Made by a program: the position numbers and the translations under genes. The notes beneath the pieces are model-generated. The model ran no database searches, was not told where the DNA came from, and saw only the letters and a program-made list of their open reading frames with translations. DNA of 60,292 nucleotides, filler included. It is 5 parts of 5 records of this genome, joined end to end, with 100 filler letters (N's around TTAATTAATTAA, not from the genome) between each part and the next. Parts side by side here need not be neighbours in the genome. Positions count along the whole stretch, not along the records: positions 40,929 to 54,079 come from SRR20825019_973; 4 more parts are not named here. One strand, given 5' to 3'. Each line of letters starts with the position of its first letter. The first letter of the stretch is position 1. Below are positions 41,156 to 50,269 of this stretch, piece after piece.

Positions 41156-41784
41156 AAAAACCCTGTCAGGAAAAATAAATACATCAATATAATTAAGGAA
41201 AACTGAATGATCAGTAAAATTTCAAAAAAACTATCTGGTTTGTAAAACCAAGTTTTTATAATTTTAATTGGAATATACCCAATGTAAAATAGAAAAAGAC
41301 CAACACTAATCCAAAACAAAAGATCATTTTTCACTACTAAAACCAAGGATGATTGCAGGATACTTATATAATACAAAATGATGCATATTATAAGCATTCC
41401 TGCTCCCACAATATATGTTATTATAAAAGACTCATTAAGAATATTTGAAAAAATAACATCTCCTAAAAAAACAAGCCAAAATAGCCCAAGGCTTATTTTT
41501 ATACATTTTTTAAAAGCCAGAACATCAATTACTTTCATAAAAACATAAAAGAAAAATGAAAAGTAAGTTAAGTAATAAAAATTATAAACTATAAAAATAA
41601 TATCACGATGACCAAATTTAAGTATCTGTCCTGCAAACTCAGTAGCAAGTGTAATAAATAGTATAATTGGCAAATGTTTTAAAGGCGTGTTTTTATACAA
41701 CCGAAATCTAATTAACGCTATAACAAACACTATGACGTAAAGCGCCATAAAGGTATTTTCAAGTATGTTTAATGTTGTTTCCAA
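41134..41784 (-). CDS. Uncharacterised 7-TM membrane protein
   Basis: Seven hydrophobic segments in 216 aa; FWISVGLFLFY motif; TTG start; overlaps the kinase by 22 nt. Confidence 0.85.
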   Translation of the reverse strand: METTLNILENTFMALYVIVFVIALIRFRLYKNTPLKHLPIILFITLATEFAGQILKFGHRDIIFIVYNFYYLTYFSFFFYVFMKVIDVLAFKKCIKISLGLFWLVFLGDVIFSNILNESFIITYIVGAGMLIICIILYYISILQSSLVLVVKNDLLFWISVGLFLFYIGYIPIKIIKTWFYKPDSFFEILLIIQFSLIILMYLFFLTGFLWMKKRL

Positions 41785-41799
41785 GTAAAAATTTATAAC

Positions 41800-42477
41800 T
41801 TAATTATTCCCAAAGTCATCGTCACCTGGAGGTGGAATTAGTTGGCCGTCATTTATAATTAAACTTGTAGATTTTTGTACTGTACTGCTACTTGAAGTAA
41901 AAAAACCTGCTTCATTCATTTGATTTGATGAATCATCCGATTCAGCATTTATGCTGTTAGCCTTTCCAGAATTTTTATTGATAGGTACAGCTACACTTTT
42001 CCCGTCCATATTTTCAATTGAAAACCCTACATTATTTCCTTCATAAGCCATTGTTGGAACTATGAAAAAACTATTTCGCCTTGGATATTTTACTATTTTT
42101 CCATCTGGAAATTTTTCGCTCGCTGGGTAAGTAGACATATAAAAACGAAGCGTTTTTATATTAACTTTAGCGCCTTTTGCTTCATGTTCAATATATGCGA
42201 TATATTGTTTTATTGTTTCTAAATCATATTCCGCGTAACGTGTAGGTAAGAATTTTTCAGCCTGCTTATCAATACTATCTTCAAATTTCTGAATAATAGG
42301 CACACGTCTTTCAGAATATGTTTCATACATGCTTTGTGCTTGTGCAACAGATATTATTTTGCCTTTTGGCGGACCGTCATACTGAGGTTCCACATGTGTA
42401 TTTGTTTCTTGACAGCTAATGAATATTAAGTTGGCAAAAATTAATACTAAAAATCGTTGGATCATTTTTGTTTTCAT
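41800..42477 (-). CDS. Uncharacterised lipoprotein with C-terminal N-x-G-x3-PPP motif (225 aa)
   Basis: Start MKTKMIQRFLVLIFANLIFIS-C lipobox at ATG 42477; ends SLIINDGQLIPPPGDDDFGNN. Confidence 0.8.
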   Translation of the reverse strand: MKTKMIQRFLVLIFANLIFISCQETNTHVEPQYDGPPKGKIISVAQAQSMYETYSERRVPIIQKFEDSIDKQAEKFLPTRYAEYDLETIKQYIAYIEHEAKGAKVNIKTLRFYMSTYPASEKFPDGKIVKYPRRNSFFIVPTMAYEGNNVGFSIENMDGKSVAVPINKNSGKANSINAESDDSSNQMNEAGFFTSSSSTVQKSTSLIINDGQLIPPPGDDDFGNN

Positions 42478-42628
42478 AATATAGAGGTTTATGGTTAAGG
42501 TATAAATGTAACTACAAAAGCATTCACTTAAATGCAGGCAATTTAGCCTTTGAAATGAATTCAAATCAAAGTTACTGATAATTAATAGATTAACTTTAAG
42601 GTCTATGTAAAATACAGGCAAAACACTT

Positions 42629-42656
42629 AAAAAATGGGGGATTCCCCCCTTTTTAA
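42629..42656. promoter_or_regulatory. GGGGG-ATT-CCCCC palindrome: patatin terminator or operator for the lipoprotein cassette
   Basis: AAAAAAT-GGGGG-ATT-CCCCC-C-TTTTT just past the patatin stop and about 160 nt upstream of ATG 42477. Confidence 0.5.
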
Positions 42657-42668
42657 ATACATAAAGAT

Positions 42669-43583
42669 TTAGGCATCTTTTGTACGAACTTCGCTAAAAT
42701 CTTCATTTTTTTGATGGGCATATATATAGCCACTTTCCCACCATTTGCTCATCATTTCCTTATCAAAAATCAATGAATTTGTAGTTAAAACTGTAGGGGT
42801 ATAATAAAGATTTATAATTGTGTTTTTATTTGCAGCTGCAAATTTACCAATTCGAATATTCTGTTTTTCAATGCGATCTGCCATATAATTGTGCATATTC
42901 GTAAGCAATGAAAAAACATTTTTTGAAGGTAGCCGATTGTAATACGTTACTTCAGTTTCCAGTACAATTACATCAACCGTTGTGGCGCCTCGGTTTATAG
43001 CCTCTTCAATAGGAACCATACTTCCAAAACCGCCATCGGCATATTCACAACCTTCTTTTTTTACAAGACTCATAAAAGGCGTAAAGTTTGAAGAAATCCA
43101 AATCCAATCTAAAAAATCGTTGTACTCAAAATCATTGATAGATTTATATTCCACTTGACTCAATGAAAGGTTTGAAACCGTTACAACTACTTCCTTTTCT
43201 GAAGTTTTTAAGGCATTAAACTCATTTTCAGTAAACGTATTTCCTATAAGTTTGCGCAAGTTTAGGCTTTCGCCAAAAGTTTTCTTCCCTTTAATAAAAT
43301 TTTTAAGCACTGTTAAATGGTCAATCCCAATTTGTTTTCCACCAAATTTATCTTCTTTTATTGTAAAGGGACAACTGCTAAAAATGCTCTTTTGGTTTAC
43401 AGATGTAAAAATGTCTTTTATTTTTTCAACCTTATTAAGTGCCAAATGCGAAATAAGCAAACTCCCGGTGGAAGTTCCAACAAAAAGATCGTAATCATGG
43501 TGTAGCTGCTCCATTAAATACTGCGCCACACCTCCAGCAAATGCGCCTTTACTTCCCCCGCCAGAAATTACCAACGCCCTCAT
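42669..43583 (-). CDS. Patatin-like phospholipase
   Basis: SGGGSKGAF, GTSTG, DGG. Confidence 0.93.
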   Translation of the reverse strand: MRALVISGGGSKGAFAGGVAQYLMEQLHHDYDLFVGTSTGSLLISHLALNKVEKIKDIFTSVNQKSIFSSCPFTIKEDKFGGKQIGIDHLTVLKNFIKGKKTFGESLNLRKLIGNTFTENEFNALKTSEKEVVVTVSNLSLSQVEYKSINDFEYNDFLDWIWISSNFTPFMSLVKKEGCEYADGGFGSMVPIEEAINRGATTVDVIVLETEVTYYNRLPSKNVFSLLTNMHNYMADRIEKQNIRIGKFAAANKNTIINLYYTPTVLTTNSLIFDKEMMSKWWESGYIYAHQKNEDFSEVRTKDA

Positions 43584-45634
43584 TCTTTAACAATTAAATT
43601 TAAATAATTCGACGCTTTTTCTGAAAGTTGCCTCCCTAAAACCTTCACTTGCTCGTAGTATTTTTGATTGCTAATTAAAGAATTTAAAAGTTCTTTTGAA
43701 GTCTTTGCAAATCGCCAAGTAGGATGAACACAGGCTTCCACCAAATTTTTCATCGTTTCTAAATCCCATAATTGAAGCTCGTTTACATACTCAAACGCTT
43801 TTTCACGAATTTCAAAACTGTAATCTGTTGAAGTATAATTTTTTAATTCTTCCAAATACTTTTCCTTTTCAGTGGTTTTATAATTTTCAGTAATTAAAGC
43901 CAAAGCGAGCCATAGTTGACGAATATTTTTGTTCTGAAAACCTTCAATTCCCTGAGTTTTGTTTAAATATTCACTTCTTTTTTCAGGAAATTGCATCCAT
44001 AATTGATACAACGCAGCCTCTATTGTTACATAGGAATCGTCATTTAACAGACTTTCATATTCTGCTTGAAGTTCCTTCGGAATAGCTTGAAGCGAAAGTG
44101 CTACTGCCTGCCGAACATATAGATTATTACTTTCAAAAGCTTTTTTATATAGCGGAAGTACTTCTGAAATCGGTTCGTTTGCAAGTTGATAAACAGCTTC
44201 CTGCCCAATAAAATCGTTAGGAAAAGTTAATGCCGTTTTTAATTGATTTTTTTTGTCCTGCAACGCAGTGGCACGAAGTGCTGAAATTTCAAAATAGGTA
44301 GTAATGAAGGAAGATTTTAGCAAGGATTTATAGGCTTCTTCGGCTTTAAAAGCTGTTTGCAGCAACCAATCTTTTTCAAAGGTTTCAATATCAGCTTCTG
44401 AAACTGCTTTAACTTCATTCAAAAAATCATCTGTTGATACATTTTTAAATTTATATTTTTCCAAATAATTTTTGATGGCTGTTTTAAATGCTTCGTCCCC
44501 TATTCGTTCTCTTAAAATGTGAAGTGCCCAAGCTCCTTTTTGGTAAAAAGTGAGCGAACTCGCCTTCGGATTTAATAAGGATTCACCTTTTCCTTCATCG
44601 CTCATTGCTTTAAGTTGCTCTGCAGTTTGGTACAATTGCCAGTAATAATATTCTTCCCCAAAAATTTCTTTTTCGGCCAACAATGCGTAATAAGTTGCAA
44701 AACCTTCCTGTAGCCAATGGTCCTTATTTGCTGTTTCCGTAACCAAGTTGCCAAACCATTGGTGCGCAAGCTCGTGAGCGTTTACATTTACATAATTTCT
44801 ATCTGCAAAACCTATAGAATCTACCATAAACGCTTCTGAAAAAAATGTAGCGGTTGTATTTTCCATTCCTGCATACAGAAAATCGCGAACTGGAACTTGC
44901 TTGTAATTTTGCCACGGATACGGTACGCCAATTTCACTTTCTAAAAAGTCGAAAATTTGTTTGCTATAGCGATAGGTAGGCTCAACTTTTAGTGAATCTT
45001 TTGGTTTATAATACAATTCTAATGGAATTCCAGAATTTGAAACGAGTTCTTTTCTATCAAAATCACCAATTGCGAAGGCTACCAAATAGCTAGGCATAGG
45101 TTGCTTCATATCAAAACGCCATGCATTAACTTCATGTACATTCTGTATATCGATTAATTTTCCATTTGCAATTACAGCTTTATTTTTTGGAGATAGTATT
45201 AATAAATCAAACTCAATTTTATCGTTTACATCATCAATACTTGGTAGCCAATGCGAAGTATATTTTCCCTGTCCTTGCGTCCAAATTTCATCTTTAAAGA
45301 AATAAAGGGTTTGTTTTGGTTTTATTTCGTACCAAAAATCAGCTTTATATGTCATTCCTTTTTCAAAACTTCCCACAAACCACAACTTTTTTTCATCTGA
45401 AGTTATCTTGAAATTTTTAGTTTCAACATTATTAATCTGAATGTTTATTGCATCCATAAAAATAGAATCTGTGGCTTTTAAAACTTTAAAAGTGGTTAAA
45501 AATCGTCCTTCAACTTTTTCTTCAATTATATCTGTTCCAACAGTTGCTTCAATCTTTAAAAAATCTACAACATCCGTCTGCTGTGCAAAAACAGTAAAAC
45601 CCGAAAAAAGAAATGCAATGAGAAACTTGTGCAT
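43580..45634 (-). CDS. M1 family zinc aminopeptidase
   Basis: AGMEN, HELAHQWFGN..WLQEGFATY, YQKGA; signal peptide from ATG 45634. Confidence 0.93.
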   Translation of the reverse strand: MHKFLIAFLFSGFTVFAQQTDVVDFLKIEATVGTDIIEEKVEGRFLTTFKVLKATDSIFMDAINIQINNVETKNFKITSDEKKLWFVGSFEKGMTYKADFWYEIKPKQTLYFFKDEIWTQGQGKYTSHWLPSIDDVNDKIEFDLLILSPKNKAVIANGKLIDIQNVHEVNAWRFDMKQPMPSYLVAFAIGDFDRKELVSNSGIPLELYYKPKDSLKVEPTYRYSKQIFDFLESEIGVPYPWQNYKQVPVRDFLYAGMENTTATFFSEAFMVDSIGFADRNYVNVNAHELAHQWFGNLVTETANKDHWLQEGFATYYALLAEKEIFGEEYYYWQLYQTAEQLKAMSDEGKGESLLNPKASSLTFYQKGAWALHILRERIGDEAFKTAIKNYLEKYKFKNVSTDDFLNEVKAVSEADIETFEKDWLLQTAFKAEEAYKSLLKSSFITTYFEISALRATALQDKKNQLKTALTFPNDFIGQEAVYQLANEPISEVLPLYKKAFESNNLYVRQAVALSLQAIPKELQAEYESLLNDDSYVTIEAALYQLWMQFPEKRSEYLNKTQGIEGFQNKNIRQLWLALALITENYKTTEKEKYLEELKNYTSTDYSFEIREKAFEYVNELQLWDLETMKNLVEACVHPTWRFAKTSKELLNSLISNQKYYEQVKVLGRQLSEKASNYLNLIVKE

Positions 45635-45723
45635 TAGTATAAATGGCGATTTAATTAATGAAAGCAAATTACAAATTTTCAACCAATGCTTCCTGCTCGC
45701 AACCAAATTTGTATTTTCGTTTT

Positions 45724-47841
45724 ATGAATGCCAATTTTTTACAAACTCCAATAGATTATCTTAAAGGCGTCGGTCCAAACAGGGCGGATTTGCTGAAAAA
45801 AGAACTCGGCATTCACACGTTTCAAGATTTGTTGAATCTTTTTCCGAACAGATATTTGGATCGCACCAAATATTATAAAATTGCACAATTGCAACAAACC
45901 AATGCAGAAGTGCAACTTATTGGTAAAATAACCCACATTAAAACCGTGGAACAAAAACGCGGAAAACGATTGGTTGCCACTTTTATTGATGAAACGGGAA
46001 CGATGGAATTAGTTTGGTTTCGCGGGCAAAAATGGATTCGGGAAAATTTAAAACTCAACCTTCCCTATGTAATTTTTGGAAAAACAAATTATTTCAACGG
46101 AAGTTATTCTATGCCACATCCTGAAATGGAAGTACTAGATGCGCATGAAAAAAGTATTCGTTCTGCAATGCAACCCGTTTATCCTTCCACCGAAAAATTA
46201 GGAAATAGCGGTATTACAAATCGGGTGATAAATGGACTGATGCAACAACTGTTTATAGAAACCAAAAATGGCTTCTCAGAAACCCTTTCAAAGCCACTTT
46301 TAGAACAGCTAAAATTGGTCTCAAAAAAGGAGGCCCTTTTCAATATCCATTTTCCGAAAAGTCAAGCGCATTTGGCACGTGCACAATACCGATTAAAATT
46401 TGAAGAATTATTTTACATTCAACTGCAATTAATTCAGAAAAACCGCATTCATAAATCGAAAATCAAAGGCTATCCTTTTGATAAAATTGGAACTAATTTC
46501 AACACCTTTTTTTCAGAACATTTACCCTTTGAATTAACCGAAGCTCAGAAACGAGTTATTAAAGAAATTCGAAACGATTTAGGAAGCAATGCCCAAATGA
46601 ATCGACTGCTGCAAGGCGATGTAGGTTCTGGAAAAACAATTGTAGCGTTAATGTCTATGTTAATCGCACTTGACAATGGTTTTCAAGCTTGCTTGATGGC
46701 GCCAACTGAAATTTTGTCAGTTCAACACTACAATAGCTTAATAGAAATGTGTAAAAAACTGAATCCCAGTATAGCATTACTAACTGGTTCAACCAAAACT
46801 TCAAAAAGAAGAGAGATTCATGAAAAATTAGAAAATGGTGAATTAGATATTTTAATTGGCACACACGCTCTTCTTGAAGATAAGGTGAAATTTAAAAATT
46901 TGGGGCTTGCAATTGTAGATGAACAACACCGTTTTGGAGTGGAACAGCGCAGTAAATTATGGCATAAAAACACCTACCCGCCACACGTACTTGTTATGAC
47001 TGCCACCCCCATTCCCCGCACACTCGCTATGAGTATATATGGCGACCTCGATATTAGTGTTATAGACGAGCTTCCGCCAGGGCGAAAAGACATTAAAACC
47101 GTGCACCGTTTTGACGCCAATAGACTGAAGGTTTTTCGATTTATAAAAGACGAAATTTCGAAGGGCAGACAAATCTATATTGTGTACCCTTTAATACAGG
47201 AAAGTGAGACCATGGATTACAAGGATTTGATGGATGGTTATGAAAGTATTGTACGTGAATTTCCACCAGACGGGTCAGGACCAACTTATCAAGTTTCAAT
47301 TGTTCATGGGCAGATGAAACCAGCCGATAAGGAATATGAAATGAACCGTTTTATAAAAGGAGAAACACAAATTATGGTTGCCACAACGGTTATTGAAGTT
47401 GGCGTAAACGTACCCAATGCCAGTGTAATGATTATTGAAAGCGCTGAACGCTTCGGACTTTCACAATTGCATCAATTACGTGGACGTGTAGGGCGTGGAG
47501 CAGAACAAAGTTATTGTATTTTAATGACGAGCCATAAACTTTCTGCAGATGCAAAAACTCGATTAGAAACCATGGTGCGCACCAGCGATGGTTTTGAAAT
47601 TGCTGAAGTTGACTTAAAGCTTCGTGGTCCAGGCGATATGATGGGGACGCAACAAAGTGGCGTTTTAAATCTTCGCATTGCAGATATTATAAAAGATTCT
47701 GAAATACTAAAAATTGCCCGAAGCTATGCAATGCAAACGCTAAAAGCTGATCCAAATCTAGCTTCAGAAGAAAACAGAGCTATCAAGAATACCTACGCTC
47801 AACTGGTGAAATACAGAAATATTTGGAATTATATTTCATAA
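45724..47841 (+). CDS. recG: ATP-dependent DNA helicase RecG
   Basis: RLLQGDVGSGKT, DEQHRFGV, MTATPIPRTL, QLHQLRGRVGRG, DLKLRGPGD. Confidence 0.98.
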   Translation: MNANFLQTPIDYLKGVGPNRADLLKKELGIHTFQDLLNLFPNRYLDRTKYYKIAQLQQTNAEVQLIGKITHIKTVEQKRGKRLVATFIDETGTMELVWFRGQKWIRENLKLNLPYVIFGKTNYFNGSYSMPHPEMEVLDAHEKSIRSAMQPVYPSTEKLGNSGITNRVINGLMQQLFIETKNGFSETLSKPLLEQLKLVSKKEALFNIHFPKSQAHLARAQYRLKFEELFYIQLQLIQKNRIHKSKIKGYPFDKIGTNFNTFFSEHLPFELTEAQKRVIKEIRNDLGSNAQMNRLLQGDVGSGKTIVALMSMLIALDNGFQACLMAPTEILSVQHYNSLIEMCKKLNPSIALLTGSTKTSKRREIHEKLENGELDILIGTHALLEDKVKFKNLGLAIVDEQHRFGVEQRSKLWHKNTYPPHVLVMTATPIPRTLAMSIYGDLDISVIDELPPGRKDIKTVHRFDANRLKVFRFIKDEISKGRQIYIVYPLIQESETMDYKDLMDGYESIVREFPPDGSGPTYQVSIVHGQMKPADKEYEMNRFIKGETQIMVATTVIEVGVNVPNASVMIIESAERFGLSQLHQLRGRVGRGAEQSYCILMTSHKLSADAKTRLETMVRTSDGFEIAEVDLKLRGPGDMMGTQQSGVLNLRIADIIKDSEILKIARSYAMQTLKADPNLASEENRAIKNTYAQLVKYRNIWNYIS

Positions 47842-47962
47842 ATATTGGTTCACGAACCGAATGATTTAAATGAAAGAATTAGACGCTTCGCAGACATTTA
47901 TTGTTGCATTTTTACGTTATCACAAATAAATAATATATATTTAATTCTTAAACGTATTCATC

Positions 47963-48796
47963 ATGAAAAAAACACTACTTTATTTTCTTTTTATTATTGG
48001 TTCTGTTGGAACTGTAAACTCACAAACGGTCGTTACCTTTTATACAACGCTGGGCGATTTTGAAGTGGAATTGTATGATGAATTATCACCAATTACTGCT
48101 GGTAATTTTTTAAGTTTAGTGGAACAAGAATTTTATGATGGTATTATTTTTCATCGTGTAATTTCAAATTTTGTAGTACAAGGAGGAGACCCAACTGGAA
48201 CCGGAAGCGGTGGTCCTGGATATACTATTCAAGATGAATTTATTCCTGGTTTATCAAATGTAGAAAGAACACTTTCAATGGCAAATACTGGGCAACCAAA
48301 TTCTGGTGGAAGTCAATTTTTCATCAACCTTAAAGACAATACTTTTTTAGATTTTGATAAGCCTCCGCTAACATCTGCACACCCTGTATTTGGCAAAGTA
48401 ATTACAGGTTGGGAGGTTGTTGAGTTAATTGAAAATGTACCAGTTGATGGGAACGACAGACCTATAACTCCTGTTGTAATGAATATGATTCGTGTTACAA
48501 AACCCCTAGGAACCAATGATTTTAACTCAAATGATTCTTCATTTGCTATTTATCCAAACCCAATAACAAAGCAAAGTATTATAGAACTAAATAGTAATAC
48601 AACTGCAATGACGTCGTTTTCTATATTGAATATAAATGGTGCGGTTCTCGCTAGCCAAAATATTCAAATAAATCAAGGGCTAAATAAAATTAATTTAGCA
48701 GCATTTGAAATTGAAAAACTTCCAGTTGGAATGTATTTTATGTCTATAAACAATAACAATATGGTTACTCAGAAACGCTTTTTAGTTTCTGAATAA
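47963..48796 (+). CDS. Secreted cyclophilin-type PPIase with T9SS C-terminal sorting domain
   Basis: Signal peptide, FHRVISNFVVQGGDP, SMANTG.PNSGGSQFFIN; tail IYPNP..LPVGMYF..QKRFLV. Confidence 0.9.
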   Translation: MKKTLLYFLFIIGSVGTVNSQTVVTFYTTLGDFEVELYDELSPITAGNFLSLVEQEFYDGIIFHRVISNFVVQGGDPTGTGSGGPGYTIQDEFIPGLSNVERTLSMANTGQPNSGGSQFFINLKDNTFLDFDKPPLTSAHPVFGKVITGWEVVELIENVPVDGNDRPITPVVMNMIRVTKPLGTNDFNSNDSSFAIYPNPITKQSIIELNSNTTAMTSFSILNINGAVLASQNIQINQGLNKINLAAFEIEKLPVGMYFMSINNNNMVTQKRFLVSE

Positions 48797-48831
48797 TTAG
48801 GTTTCTCTTCCTAACAAATTTAAAAACTCAA

Positions 48832-48880
48832 AAAAACACTGTAATTTCTTTTTGATCTACAAAAAAATTACAGTGTTTTT
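48832..48880 (+). terminator. Long inverted repeat/terminator
   Basis: AAAAACACTGTAATTT (48832-48847) / AAATTACAGTGTTTTT (48865-48880). Confidence 0.7.
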
Positions 48881-49006
48881 ATAAAATACGCCACGCCAAC
48901 TAACATTGAATCAAGCATAAACACACAGAATTCTTTCACAACAAGTTTTTATTATGACTTGAATGAAAGTATCTGAAAATGCAATACTTTTACAAAAAAA
49001 TTACAG

Positions 49007-50170
49007 ATGAAATCATTCACATTCTTTACTTTCACCTTGTGTCTTTTAACTTTTTCAACTTCAAATGCACAGGTTTTTAACACTTATTACGATGAAATAG
49101 TTCAAGATGTTTCTACAGCAAATCTTTTAAACGATTTAACTACATTGGTAGGTTTTGGGGTAAAAGAACCAGGAACTAATGCTATTGAAAACGCAAAAGA
49201 TTGGATTGTAGACAGATACCAAACCTTAGGATATACAGACATAGAAACCCAAGATTTTAGTGTTTCTGGAGAAATAACTTCAAATATTATTATCACCAAA
49301 ACAGGAAGTGTTTACCCTAATACTTTTTTAATAATTGATGGTCATTATGACACATTGAATGGCCCTGGCGCCAATGATAATGGCAGCGGAACTGTACTTA
49401 TACTTGAACTTGCACGATTATTAAAAGACGTAGAAACAGAGTACTCGATCAAGTTTATTCATTTCAGTGGAGAAGAGCAAGGCTTAATTGGAAGTAAATT
49501 TTATGTAAACAACACCGTAATTCCTGAAAATCTAGATATTAAATTGGTTTTCAATATTGATGAAGTGGGCGGGGTTGCAGGTATGGAAAACGACACCATT
49601 GTATGTGAGCGAGATGAAGACACGCCAAATTCAAACAATGCTGCTTCTGCGCAAGCAACTCAAGAAATGGCAAACTGTTTCGGCCTGTATTCAAATTTAT
49701 TGACAGAGATTTCATATGCATACTCTTCAGATTATATGCCTTTTGAAGACAATGGCGAAGTAATTACAGGCCTGTATGAAAAAAACGAGTCGCCTTACAC
49801 ACATTCTCCTAACGATATTATTGATAATATGGACCCCGATTATGTTTTTGAAGTAACAAAAGGGAGCATAGGCACCGCCCTTCATTTTGCAGTTGGCGTT
49901 GAACCACTAAGCATTTCTGAAAATAGTTTTGCTGAAAATATTATTTGCTACCCAAACCCTTCAAAAGGAAAAATAACAATAAATGTAAACACTTCTTTTT
50001 CTAAAAACATTGAACTAACTGTTTTTGATATGTTAGGAAACATAGTTTATAGCACTAAGTTAGACAGCAAAATCAATACGTTAGATTTAGCTTTTTTACA
50101 AAGCGGAATGTACCACGCTATATTTAAAAGTGACACAAACTTAGCTTTCAAAAAAATTATTATTGACTGA
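49007..50170 (+). CDS. M28 family peptidase with T9SS C-terminal sorting domain
   Basis: GHYDT, GANDNGSG, SGEEQGL.GS, SDY.PF, HSPND; tail YPNPS..SGMY..KKII. Confidence 0.92.
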   Translation: MKSFTFFTFTLCLLTFSTSNAQVFNTYYDEIVQDVSTANLLNDLTTLVGFGVKEPGTNAIENAKDWIVDRYQTLGYTDIETQDFSVSGEITSNIIITKTGSVYPNTFLIIDGHYDTLNGPGANDNGSGTVLILELARLLKDVETEYSIKFIHFSGEEQGLIGSKFYVNNTVIPENLDIKLVFNIDEVGGVAGMENDTIVCERDEDTPNSNNAASAQATQEMANCFGLYSNLLTEISYAYSSDYMPFEDNGEVITGLYEKNESPYTHSPNDIIDNMDPDYVFEVTKGSIGTALHFAVGVEPLSISENSFAENIICYPNPSKGKITINVNTSFSKNIELTVFDMLGNIVYSTKLDSKINTLDLAFLQSGMYHAIFKSDTNLAFKKIIID

Positions 50171-50269
50171 TAATCAGTAGCTAACTTTTTGTTGTTTTTT
50201 CTTATTATAATTAGCGTACTTCTCATTATTTTCCTTGCCAATTAAATTACTTATCAGTATTTTTAGTTT

